Source of the DNA: an uncultured Pseudomonadota bacterium
GTDB taxonomy: Bacteria > Oederibacteriota > Muellerivitia > Muellerivitales > Muellerivitaceae
Assembly: GCA_963843375.1 (NCBI GenBank)
Contig: CAWJKT010000004.1
Location: forward strand, 416,001 to 480,000
Direction: 5' to 3'
DNA length: 64,000 nt
The notes under the pieces were generated by a model. That model saw only the letters and a list, made by a program, of their open reading frames with translations, did not search any database and had not been told where the DNA came from. A program made the position numbers and the translations under genes. Below, one piece after another: positions 30,003 to 38,687 of this stretch; position 1 is the first letter of the stretch, and every line of letters starts with the position of its first letter.

Positions 30003-30533
30003 ATGAAAAAAATAATTTTGGTTTTGCTTTTTGTTTTTTCCGCAGGAATGATTCAGGCCGATGTGATCGCAAATACCGTGACGCCTTCTTTGCGCGCGAT
30101 GTGCACTTTGTCACCAGCCTCAGATAGCCGGGTAAAGGGATGGGTTCAGTTCACTCAAAAGAACGGTTATGTGGTGGTCGAAGGGGAAATCAGCGGATTG
30201 ACCCCGGGAAAACACGAATTTCACGTACATGAAAAAGGGGATTGCTCGGTTCTGGATGCATCTTCCGCAGGGGGAGATTTCAATCCCACGCACATGGAAC
30301 ACGGAGATCCTGCCAGCCCTATGCGGCACCTGGGAGATTTGGGTAATATCCGCGCGGATAAGAGCGGAAACGCGAAGTTCAAGTTCCACGAAAAAATTAT
30401 CCAGCTGACGGGCGATGAGTCGATTCTGAACAAATCCTTGATCTTACATGCCGACCCGGACGACATGAAAACCCAACCATCAGGGAATGCGGGAAAACGG
30501 GTCGCTTGTGGTGTCATTGAGCAGATGCATTAA
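30003..30533 (+). CDS. sodC: Periplasmic Cu/Zn superoxide dismutase-family protein
   Basis: Signal peptide; GLTPGKHEFHVHE.GDC, RHLGDLGN, LILHADPDD, GNAGKRVACGVI. Confidence 0.9.
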   Translation: MKKIILVLLFVFSAGMIQADVIANTVTPSLRAMCTLSPASDSRVKGWVQFTQKNGYVVVEGEISGLTPGKHEFHVHEKGDCSVLDASSAGGDFNPTHMEHGDPASPMRHLGDLGNIRADKSGNAKFKFHEKIIQLTGDESILNKSLILHADPDDMKTQPSGNAGKRVACGVIEQMH

Positions 30534-30609
30534 GTTTATGGGACTTGTTTTTTTCGAAAGCTTGGCGTTTTTTTCGGGACTGGAAGTTCACAAATAAAAG
30601 GAGTCGATA

Positions 30610-31215
30610 ATGAAAAATAAAATGTTAAGTGGGTTGATGGTTTCAATTTTGTTCGCCGGGATCGCCGGGTTGTCCCTGGCGGAGGATGACAACCGTATTA
30701 TCGGTAAGCTTGGCCAAAATTCGCCAAAAGATCACTTGAGGACAGCTTCTCTTTACTTGGTTTTTAAGGGAAACAAGGACAACAGTCTGCCCGCCCTTCC
30801 CTCGGGGGACAAAACCCGGTTTTATTCCAAGGTTTGGGATGGTTTATATCTGCAAGTCATCACCGAGCCTGGGGAAAAGGGCAACGAGGGTTATATGTTT
30901 TCTTTTTCCGGAGATGAGGGAAATTTGAATGCCGTGGATACGAATGAATCTCGAGATGTTCCCTCCTTGCGGGAAGTTTCCGCCGCTGATTTTCGAAGTG
31001 ATGATAATTTCTCGATTCGTCCACTGAAACCGGGACCCGGAACACCGGAAGATCGTGGCGCGCAGCGGCTGATTCATTATGACGGTTTTGATGTGGAAAT
31101 CCGGGTGCTCGAATTTAATATTGGCGACGCCGGATTGAAGGAAAAACCTTATTTTAAATCCATTTCCTGCCTAGTAACGGTGAAGGAAACTACGCCGATT
31201 GTGTCGATGAAGTAA
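30610..31215 (+). CDS. Secreted hypothetical protein
   Basis: Signal peptide ending SLA-EDD; AGGAG RBS. Confidence 0.75.
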   Translation: MKNKMLSGLMVSILFAGIAGLSLAEDDNRIIGKLGQNSPKDHLRTASLYLVFKGNKDNSLPALPSGDKTRFYSKVWDGLYLQVITEPGEKGNEGYMFSFSGDEGNLNAVDTNESRDVPSLREVSAADFRSDDNFSIRPLKPGPGTPEDRGAQRLIHYDGFDVEIRVLEFNIGDAGLKEKPYFKSISCLVTVKETTPIVSMK

Positions 31216-31254
31216 CAAACCAGCTTGAACACCAACTGGAAAAGGAGAAATAGT

Positions 31255-31419
31255 ATGTCCGAAGAAAGAGATCGTGAGATTCCGGAAGAAAGCTTTGTCA
31301 CCCCCGACCATGTTGAAACTGCGGCTTACTATAAGTGGTTGTCCCGCAGGCGGCCTCTTAACGATTCACTGATGGACTGGGTGGACGCGCACAAAGAATT
31401 AATACAAGCAGCTCGATAA
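31255..31419 (+). CDS. DUF2934-like small protein
   Basis: AAYYKW..R......DW..A..EL pattern; AGGAG RBS. Confidence 0.7.
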   Translation: MSEERDREIPEESFVTPDHVETAAYYKWLSRRRPLNDSLMDWVDAHKELIQAAR

Positions 31420-31505
31420 TCATTTTCGAAATAACAGAAAGACGGTTGTGATGGCTTTGACAAAGGGATCTTCATCCTTGAGTTCAATAAGAAAAAGGCG
31501 GCGGC

Positions 31506-31724
31506 ATGACGAAGCAACAACATGAACACCAGTACCTTTCGATTTCGGAACCGGGTACCAACGACGTCCACATCCCTTATTGGCGGTGCGCGCATTGCGA
31601 CTGGCATTTCTTGGCTCTTGGGGTTCTGATGCTGGCGGTCATGGCGATCTACATGCTAACCCTTGATTTGTGCATGAGGCCTCACAGTGAGACGCCTTTG
31701 TTGCAGGAAAACATTGGAGAATAA
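31506..31724 (+). CDS. Small membrane protein, paralog of 41531-41749
   Basis: PYWRCAHCDWHFL followed by one TM. Confidence 0.7.
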   Translation: MTKQQHEHQYLSISEPGTNDVHIPYWRCAHCDWHFLALGVLMLAVMAIYMLTLDLCMRPHSETPLLQENIGE

Positions 31725-31727
31725 AAA

Positions 31728-31907
31728 ATGAAACGCATAACCAAGTGGAGCTTCCAAAATCGAAGTAAAAATCAAAAGGGCCAAACGACAACTTATGCCG
31801 TCGTCCTCGGTTTTTTGATCGCAGTGGGATTGTTTGTCGCGATCAAATATTTTTATGACCGGGACAACGATATCAACATTCACCTGCCCAGGGTAGAAGT
31901 GCATTAA
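31728..31907 (+). CDS. 59-aa single-TM protein with prepilin-like leader, not in ORF track
   Basis: MKRITKWSFQNRSKNQKGQTTTYAVVLGFLIAVGLFVAIKYF...; GGAG RBS. Confidence 0.55.
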   Translation: MKRITKWSFQNRSKNQKGQTTTYAVVLGFLIAVGLFVAIKYFYDRDNDINIHLPRVEVH

Positions 31908-31942
31908 CGGTATTTGGGATTTAATCTTTATCAAGAAGGAGT

Positions 31943-32122
31943 ATGGATATGTTCACGGGATTACTGGGTTTATTGGTATTTATCGGCGATGTTTGGGCTA
32001 TTCTCTTGATTCTCAAGAGCAAAGATCAACCGGGCACCAAGGCTTTGTGGTGCCTCTTAGTCATGGTGTTGCCCATTGTGGGACTCATCCTCTGGTATTT
32101 CGCGGGTCCAAAGGGTAAGTAG
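31943..32122 (+). CDS. PLDc N-terminal-domain small membrane protein 1, not in ORF track
   Basis: DVWAI..I......TKALWCLLVMVLPIVGLILWYFAGP; AAGGAG RBS. Confidence 0.8.
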   Translation: MDMFTGLLGLLVFIGDVWAILLILKSKDQPGTKALWCLLVMVLPIVGLILWYFAGPKGK

Positions 32123-32134
32123 AAAGAAGAATTT

Positions 32135-32371
32135 ATGCCTCACTGGGAAATGAACCAATGGGTTGGAAATTGTAAAACCAATCAAACGGGAACAATCGCT
32201 TCTGGCATCTTTAAAGGCGGCGGCGGGGACTTCAAGGGCTATCTCGTCGTTGTGGAAGATAACCGTTATGAAATTTGGGACGAATCCACATTGGTGTTGA
32301 TCCCCCGGGAATCGGAAATAATCTCCGCGGTGATTCCGGTCCAGGCCGGGGCTCCGGAGAAAAAAACATGA
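32135..32371 (+). CDS. Small hypothetical protein, paralog of 32746-32955
   Basis: VGN.KTN..GTIAS...GDF.G.L......YEIWDESTLVL.P shared with paralog. Confidence 0.75.
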   Translation: MPHWEMNQWVGNCKTNQTGTIASGIFKGGGGDFKGYLVVVEDNRYEIWDESTLVLIPRESEIISAVIPVQAGAPEKKT

Positions 32372-32589
32372 TTGGTGAATCCCTACTTTTTTTCATCTTC
32401 CTCGCCGACCTATGGGCCATCACCACCATTTTCAACAGCGGAGCGCCCCAGGGCTCCAAAGTCTTTTGGTGCCTGCTGGTCTTTTTGCTTCCGGTTCTTG
32501 GATTCATAATTTCGTATCTGGCCGGCCCCGAAGACAAGTCCCTCCTGAACGGATTTAAAAAATCCATTCCTGAAAAACAGGTAAGATGA
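32368..32589 (+). CDS. PLDc N-terminal-domain small membrane protein 2
   Basis: ADLWAI..I......SKVFWCLLVFLLPVLGFIISYLAGP; ATGA overlap with upstream stop. Confidence 0.8.
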   Translation: MIGESLLFFIFLADLWAITTIFNSGAPQGSKVFWCLLVFLLPVLGFIISYLAGPEDKSLLNGFKKSIPEKQVR

Positions 32590-32745
32590 CAGGAGGTTTG
32601 AACCACGAAGACACGAGGGGCACGAAGAATAGCAAGAGACATCATTTAAGGTAACGCCATTCATCCCGGGCTTGTTTTTGAATTTCTTAGTGCCCTTCCT
32701 GGTTAATCGCTTATGTTTGGGCTCTAAATAAAAAAGGAGGATTTT

Positions 32746-32955
32746 ATGGAACAATTTAAAATAAGGCAAAATGTCGGGAATTTCAAAACCAACAAGGTAG
32801 GGACCATCGCATCCGAGTCCCTTAAGGGGGCTTGCGGTGATTTCACAGGTTTTCTCATACGCCTGAAAAACAAAAGTTATGAAATTTGGGACGAGTCCAC
32901 CCTGGTACTTCTTCCCAGCCGATTCGGGAAAAATACCCGCTCCGCCCGGGCTTAA
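32746..32955 (+). CDS. Small hypothetical protein, paralog of 32135-32371
   Basis: Shared motifs with paralog; AGGAGG RBS. Confidence 0.75.
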   Translation: MEQFKIRQNVGNFKTNKVGTIASESLKGACGDFTGFLIRLKNKSYEIWDESTLVLLPSRFGKNTRSARA

Positions 32956-33024
32956 GAACCCGGTTGAGAGCGGATCAACGTGGATTGACGGCTGGAAGAT
33001 ATCGAGTTGAACAGGAGGCTTTTT

Positions 33025-33315
33025 ATGGGAGAGCAAAGGGAAGCTTACATTGAAAAGTTCAAATTAAAACTGGACGAGTGGAATTCAGAAATCGATAAGC
33101 TGCAAGCGAAGACCAAGGGTACGCACGATCTGGCCCTTGTTTCGTATAACAAACAAATCGAAGCTTTAATAGTCAAGCGGGACCACTTGAAGGGAAAGAT
33201 GGCAAAGCTCCACACTCGGGGCGAAGCCGCCTGGGAAGATTTGAGGGATGGCATCGGGACCGCTTGGAAGAACTTGGGCGATTCAATCGAAGATGCCAAA
33301 ACCCGTTTTAAGTAA
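33025..33315 (+). CDS. Coiled-coil stress-associated protein (sll1863-like), paralog 1
   Basis: REAYIEK.K.KL.EWN.EI...AWEDLRDGI..AW...S...AK.RF; AGGAGG RBS. Confidence 0.8.
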   Translation: MGEQREAYIEKFKLKLDEWNSEIDKLQAKTKGTHDLALVSYNKQIEALIVKRDHLKGKMAKLHTRGEAAWEDLRDGIGTAWKNLGDSIEDAKTRFK

Positions 33316-33599
33316 GCAAGTGACGGTGCCATGACGAACACTACCCGCGGGATCCGGAACCAGGAACCAACAATAACTTCACGCCCTATTGACGGGGGGC
33401 GCATCGGGACTGGTGTTTTGTCCTTGGTTTTCCTGAGGCATGTGGCCAGGAGACTTTGCGTGCCATTCCTGAACCCATCTTTACGGCCCCATAGATAGGC
33501 CTCCCACTTGTGGATACCGGTTCTAAATAAGCGAATAAAACGTACCTTAAGACCCACATAAGTTGCATTTTTCCGGGAAAAAATAAACCAGCCTTTGGG

Positions 33600-33919
33600 T
33601 TAAACCTTCTTCAAATCGACTAGTTTATTTTCCGGGCGTTTCGGCGGATCATTCGCCGGACGAGTGCCAACGGCGGATTGTTTTTGGCCAGGGGCCCATT
33701 CGGTGTTGATCTTGGCATATTCCGGATTCTCATCTGCGCTTTCTACGATGGCACCGATAGGGCAGGCAAACAGCTGCTGCAATCGGAGCACTCACTGGGG
33801 TTAATAATCATGAAGGCTTGAATCTTATATTGTCCGGGATGAATGCAATTCATCGGACAAACTTCGACGCAATTCGCGTAAACCTCACTCAGGCGTTTAT
33901 CGGTAATGACATAGGGCAT
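33600..33919 (-). pseudogene. Ferredoxin (7Fe/FdxA-like), frameshifted, first Cys replaced by Arg
   Basis: MPYVITDKRL..VYANCVEVCPMNCIH...CSDCSSCL then shifts to CPIGAIVE; GAGGAG RBS. Confidence 0.7.
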
Positions 33920-34071
33920 GACTCCTCTTTTTTCTATCCGAACTTCCTTTCCCGGGATGAGCTTGGTAATTTCTGAATTTTTTGAACTTAATCGAGTTTA
34001 TAAGTCGAAGACTTTTTTTCAAAAGACCCCGCTTGACATTAATTGGAATTATTTTTTTATTGAAACGATGG

Positions 34072-34105
34072 GATCAAAATGAGAGTCGGAGCAATCATTT
34101 TGAAA
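34072..34105. promoter_or_regulatory. Bipartite enhancer motif, copy 5
   Basis: GATCAAAATGAGA-N8-AATCATTTTGAAA. Confidence 0.75.
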
Positions 34106-34186
34106 GCGGGGCTGTGACCGCGAACCAGATAGTTTTCCTTATGCCCCACAAAACAAGGCCTCGAGAGGTTGAGATCGAAGCGATTA

Positions 34187-34202
34187 GGGCATGTTCCTTG
34201 CT
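34187..34202 (+). promoter_or_regulatory. sigma54 promoter (34269 operon)
   Basis: GGGCATGTTCCTTGCT. Confidence 0.75.
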
Positions 34203-34268
34203 TTAACCTCTCTTCTATTTCATGAGTCATCGTGGAATTCAAACTCAAAATTCTTAGGGAGGTTGTAC

Positions 34269-35036
34269 ATGAAGAAATTGGTTTTGCTGGCCGTTGTTCT
34301 GTTTGTCGCGAGTAGCATGGATTTAGTCTTCGCCCAAACCACCGGAACGAATTCCAAGTCGGTTAAAAAAGAAGCGCACCGCAGAATCGTCAAACTGAAG
34401 GACCGAATCGGTAATCAACGCGAAAGGATCGACCAGGGCCTCGAAGCCAACACCCTGACAGCGGATCAAGCCCAGGCCAGCCGGGATGTTTTGGATAAGG
34501 TCGTGAAGCAGATGAAAGATGAGCGCGCGGCCAACGGTTCGAAGAAAGTCATGAAGAAAGAACAATATGACGCCTATAACACCTTGCTTGACGCAAATTC
34601 TAACGGCATCAATGAAGAGAAACAGTATTTCTATTACTACGGCCCCTATGTCGATTACGGCGCCGATTACAGTTATTACTACGACCCTTACACGGTTGAA
34701 GGGGCTCCCACTCCGTCCATGACCGCGTTGGAAGAGACGCATCCGCGGATTTTTGAACTGAAGGAACGAATCCAGGGCCAACGCGAACGCATCGACAAGG
34801 AGTTGACCGCCAACACGCTAACAGAGGATCAAGCCAAGGGATGTCGGGATGTTCTGGCGTCCGTCGAGAATCAGATAAAAATGGATTATAAGGCAAATGG
34901 TTCTATGAAAATGACGAAGGAACAATATCTCGCCTATAACGCGACGCTGGATGTGAATTCGTCGATCATTCACGAGGGAAAACAATATTATTACTATTAC
35001 GGTCCTTACTACGATCAATACCAATATTGGGATTGA
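34269..35036 (+). CDS. Secreted protein with two internal helical repeats and Tyr-rich tails
   Basis: Signal peptide; two copies of H.RI..LK.RI..QRERID..L.ANTLT.DQA...KQY.YYYGPY; GGAGG RBS. Confidence 0.8.
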   Translation: MKKLVLLAVVLFVASSMDLVFAQTTGTNSKSVKKEAHRRIVKLKDRIGNQRERIDQGLEANTLTADQAQASRDVLDKVVKQMKDERAANGSKKVMKKEQYDAYNTLLDANSNGINEEKQYFYYYGPYVDYGADYSYYYDPYTVEGAPTPSMTALEETHPRIFELKERIQGQRERIDKELTANTLTEDQAKGCRDVLASVENQIKMDYKANGSMKMTKEQYLAYNATLDVNSSIIHEGKQYYYYYGPYYDQYQYWD

Positions 35037-35190
35037 GGGACATTTGTTTTGACTTTTTAAGTCCTGTTCGAAAACCTTGCTTTTAAAGTGATAAAAGGAT
35101 CGGTGCGTCTCTTAAATTACTACGGCCGGTCCTTTTGTCTTTAGGGCCTTAAAAGACGAGATCTGGAATATTTTCTTAAAGGAGAAATTC

Positions 35191-35583
35191 ATGTTAATCG
35201 CTGAATTGTTGTTCGCTCTTTTCTTTAGCTGGATTGTCGTTGGGATCATTTCATTCGCTTTTGGCACAAAGGGCCCTTGGGATAATTTTCTTTGGTTTTT
35301 TCTAGTCGTGGGCCTTTTCGCGTGGGTTGGCGGCGTATGGCTGAGGCCTTTTGGACCCTTATGGATGGGGATAGGCTGGTTGCCCATTATTTTCGCGGGA
35401 CTCTTTGTCGCGATGTTGCTCACGGCGGCCAGTCCCCGGGACCACCGCAAGCGCCTGGCGGCTAAAGGACAGACAGCCGACGATGAAACGAGATCGGCCG
35501 TCAACGTCTTTTTTTGGGTGTTAATTGTTTGTTTATTGTTTTTTGGGATGGGTCACCACTATTGGTATCCCGTGGCCGGTTGA
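35191..35583 (+). CDS. Hypothetical membrane protein (4 TM)
   Basis: Hydrophobic 130-aa ORF, AAGGAG RBS. Confidence 0.75.
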   Translation: MLIAELLFALFFSWIVVGIISFAFGTKGPWDNFLWFFLVVGLFAWVGGVWLRPFGPLWMGIGWLPIIFAGLFVAMLLTAASPRDHRKRLAAKGQTADDETRSAVNVFFWVLIVCLLFFGMGHHYWYPVAG

Positions 35584-35667
35584 AACTGTTTTAAAAACGG
35601 GATCGGGAAACAAACTTTATTAAAACCAAGTTCATCTCGATTCACTTTTTAATCTTAAGGAGGATTC

Positions 35668-36339
35668 ATGGGTAAGGGTGATTTCGTCAATAATCTGCAG
35701 GAAATCCGCAAAAGAGCCAGGGAACACATACAGGAAGGTGCCGTAACGGAAGGCTATCGCGCCAACCGAGAAGTCGTCATCAAAATTTTGAACGAGGCCC
35801 TCGCCACCGAAATCATTTGTGTCCTGCGCTACAAGAGACATTTTTATATGGCCCAGGGAATCGACGCATCGAACGCCGCCCAAGAGTTTCTCCAGCACGC
35901 GACGGAAGAACAAGGGCATGCCGATGAAATATCCCTTCGCATCACCCAACTAGGGGGTGCCCCCGATTACAGCCCTGTGAGACTCGTCGACCGAAGTCAT
36001 TCCGAATATGTGGAGGGGAACGGTCTGATCGAAATGATCCGGGAGGACTTGGTGGCGGAAAGAATCGCCATCGATTCCTATACGGACATGATCCGCTACG
36101 TGGGTGATGACGATGTTACCACCCGTCGGATGTTGGAAAACATTCTTGGGGTGGAAGAAGAACATGCCAATGACATGGCCACTTTGTTGGAAAAAATGAA
36201 CCCGGGTATTTCCCGTGAAATTGTTTCCCCGGTGACTGAGTTTTATTCCCGGAGCAAAACGCGAAAGGCTGGCGTTACCGTTTTGGATGTTTCCCGGAAG
36301 AATGCTTTACCTCAAAAAAAGATGAAGAAAACCAAATGA
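35668..36339 (+). CDS. Ferritin-like / bacterioferritin-family protein with basic C-terminal tail
   Basis: LNEALATE...Y, EEQGHAD, EDLVAE..AI..Y, EEEHA di-iron ligands. Confidence 0.88.
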   Translation: MGKGDFVNNLQEIRKRAREHIQEGAVTEGYRANREVVIKILNEALATEIICVLRYKRHFYMAQGIDASNAAQEFLQHATEEQGHADEISLRITQLGGAPDYSPVRLVDRSHSEYVEGNGLIEMIREDLVAERIAIDSYTDMIRYVGDDDVTTRRMLENILGVEEEHANDMATLLEKMNPGISREIVSPVTEFYSRSKTRKAGVTVLDVSRKNALPQKKMKKTK

Positions 36340-36440
36340 GTCTCGTTGATCCAGGCCAGACGAATCCAACGTTCTACAAAACCCGGTTCTCTTGCCTGCC
36401 TTGGGTAAGAACAATTTAACATCCAAAGGAGGTTGCCGTC

Positions 36441-36731
36441 ATGGGTGAGGAAAGGGACGCATACGTTGAGAAATTGAAGGCGGAGATTGTGAAATGGAAT
36501 GTCAAAATCGAGGAATTTCAAGCCAAGACGGAACAGGCCAAAGCGGAAGCCCAAGGGCAATATCAAAATCAAATCGAAGAACTAAAGGAAAAACGATTCA
36601 AACTCCAGGAAAAATTGGAACTGTTGCAAGAAGTCAGCGAAACGGTTTGGGAGGAAATGAAAGCCGGCCTAGACACCGCCTTTTACGCCTTGGACGAATC
36701 GGTTGTGACGGCCAAGTCAAAGTTCAATTGA
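36441..36731 (+). CDS. Coiled-coil stress-associated protein (sll1863-like), paralog 2
   Basis: Similar to 33025-33315 over its length; AGGAGG RBS. Confidence 0.8.
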   Translation: MGEERDAYVEKLKAEIVKWNVKIEEFQAKTEQAKAEAQGQYQNQIEELKEKRFKLQEKLELLQEVSETVWEEMKAGLDTAFYALDESVVTAKSKFN

Positions 36732-36768
36732 CCGGCTACTCCTCCAGATTACCACCCAAGAAGTTAGG

Positions 36769-37266
36769 TTGGAAGGAATGATTGTGAAACCTAACATGGT
36801 GGTCCCGGGGTTGGCTTGTTCCTGGCAGGAGGACTTTGATGAGGTGGCCGACGTTACGGTGGAATGCCTTTTACGGACGATTCCTGCCGCCGTACCGGGG
36901 ATCGTATTCTTTTCAGGCGGCCAAAACCCTGAACTAGTTTCTACCCGTTTGAACGCCATGAATGTCAGGTTCAAATCACAGATTCCTTGGGCCCTGTCCT
37001 TTTCCTTCGCCCGGGCTCCCCAACAACCGGCTTTGGAGATTTGGCGGGGCGATGAGGATCACTTGTTGTCGGCCCAGGGAGCCCTTTGTCACCGGGCCAT
37101 GTGCAACCGGGCTGCCCGTCGCGGTGAATATGATGACGCGATCGAAAGTGCATGGTCATTACCGCCGGTAGCCCTCAACCGGCGTGAATCGCTTTATAGC
37201 CAAGACGGGAAAATACCCGCGACGGAATCAAAATTTTTACAAACCTTCCCGGAGGAAAAAGGATGA
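36769..37266 (+). pseudogene. Class I fructose-bisphosphate aldolase, C-terminal fragment only
   Basis: LEGMIVKPNMV Schiff-base Lys motif, VPGIVFFSGGQ, PWALSFSFARA; no room for the N-terminal part. Confidence 0.8.
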
Positions 37267-38687
37267 AGAGCTCACAAATACAATTTCATGAAATCGGCAT
37301 GGTCGGGCTGGGCGTCATGGGGCGCAATCTGGTGCTGAACATGGCCGACCAGGGTTTTTCAGTGGCGGGTTATGACAAGGACCGGACCCAAGCCGAGGCT
37401 CTTCGTAAGGAATCAGGCGAACGCCAAGTCGGCGTCGCGGCGGATATACCCGGGTTCATCGCAATGCTTCGCCGACCCCGAGCCATCATGATGTTGGTAC
37501 CCGCCGGGGCTCCCGTGGATTCGGTGATCAAGGACTTGTTGCCGTACCTGGACAAGGGCGACCTGCTAATCGACGCGGGTAATTCCCATTTTAGAGATAC
37601 GGATATGCGTGCCAAAACTTTGACGGACGAAGGCATCTCATTCCTCGGCGTGGGTGTTTCGGGTGGGGAGGAAGGGGCGCGTCACGGTCCGAGCATCATG
37701 CCCGGTGGGCCAAAGGAGGCTTACGAAAGGGTCAGGCCCATCCTGGAAGCCGCCTCTGCAAAGGTCGACGGCGATCCCTGTGTGACCTGGCTGGGTCCGG
37801 GATCGGCGGGGCATTTCGTAAAGATGGTCCATAACGGTATCGAGTACGGCATCATGCAATTGACTGCCGAAATCTATGACTTGATGAAAAGGGGCGGGGG
37901 CCTAAATGACGACGAAATCCAAGATGCTTTCGCCTCATGGAACAAGGGCGAACTTAACGGCTATCTGGTGGAAATCTCTGGTCAAATTTTTTCAAAAAAA
38001 GACCAGAAGACCGGAAAACGACTGATAGACGAAATTCTTGATGTGGCTAGACAGAATGGCACCGGCTTGTGGACCTCGCAAAGCGCTATGGAATTAAAAG
38101 TTCCAACCCCCACTATCGACTTGGCGGTTGCCATGCGGGATTTCTCCTTGCTTTCAAAGGAAAGGGAACGGGCGGGAGTGATTTATCAGCGGCCTTTGCG
38201 GCATTTCAACTGCGACCGCGAAACTTTGCTTGCGCAACTGGGTGGCGGACTTTTTACCGGGATGATAACCGTTTATGCACAAGGGTTGGCGATTTTGTCC
38301 GTGGCTTCCAGAAAGTACGAGTACCAGCTCGACCTGGAAGCGGTGGCACGCATCTGGCGGGGCGGCTGCATCATCCGTTCCGCCTCGCTTGAAGATATTC
38401 GGGCGGCGTTTAAGACGGAACGGGACCTGCCGAATTTGCTGCTGGATCCCAAGCTGTCGCGCAAGGTAATGGGACGGCAGGAGAATTTGCGCTTGGTGGT
38501 TAACTGGGCGGCTGAATCGGGTGTGCCGGCCCCCGGCTTGATGGTTTCCTTAGGCTATCTTGACACTTATCGCAGCGCTTGGCTTCCAGACAATCTTATT
38601 CAGGCCCAGCGCGATTATTTCGGCGCCCATACTTATGAGCGCATTGATTCGAAAGGGACTTTTCACACCGAATGGGAAAAAAAATGA
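37263..38687 (+). CDS. gnd: 6-phosphogluconate dehydrogenase, NADP-dependent decarboxylating
   Basis: GLGVMG, VSGGEEGA, GHFVKMVHNGIEYG, IWRGGCIIRS, QAQRDYFGAHTY. Confidence 0.95.
   Translation: MKSSQIQFHEIGMVGLGVMGRNLVLNMADQGFSVAGYDKDRTQAEALRKESGERQVGVAADIPGFIAMLRRPRAIMMLVPAGAPVDSVIKDLLPYLDKGDLLIDAGNSHFRDTDMRAKTLTDEGISFLGVGVSGGEEGARHGPSIMPGGPKEAYERVRPILEAASAKVDGDPCVTWLGPGSAGHFVKMVHNGIEYGIMQLTAEIYDLMKRGGGLNDDEIQDAFASWNKGELNGYLVEISGQIFSKKDQKTGKRLIDEILDVARQNGTGLWTSQSAMELKVPTPTIDLAVAMRDFSLLSKERERAGVIYQRPLRHFNCDRETLLAQLGGGLFTGMITVYAQGLAILSVASRKYEYQLDLEAVARIWRGGCIIRSASLEDIRAAFKTERDLPNLLLDPKLSRKVMGRQENLRLVVNWAAESGVPAPGLMVSLGYLDTYRSAWLPDNLIQAQRDYFGAHTYERIDSKGTFHTEWEKK

Noticed and set aside
35066..35082. 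Additional sigma54 promoter (…AAAACCTTGCT)
   Set aside because: Good -12 element but TT instead of the invariant GG at -24
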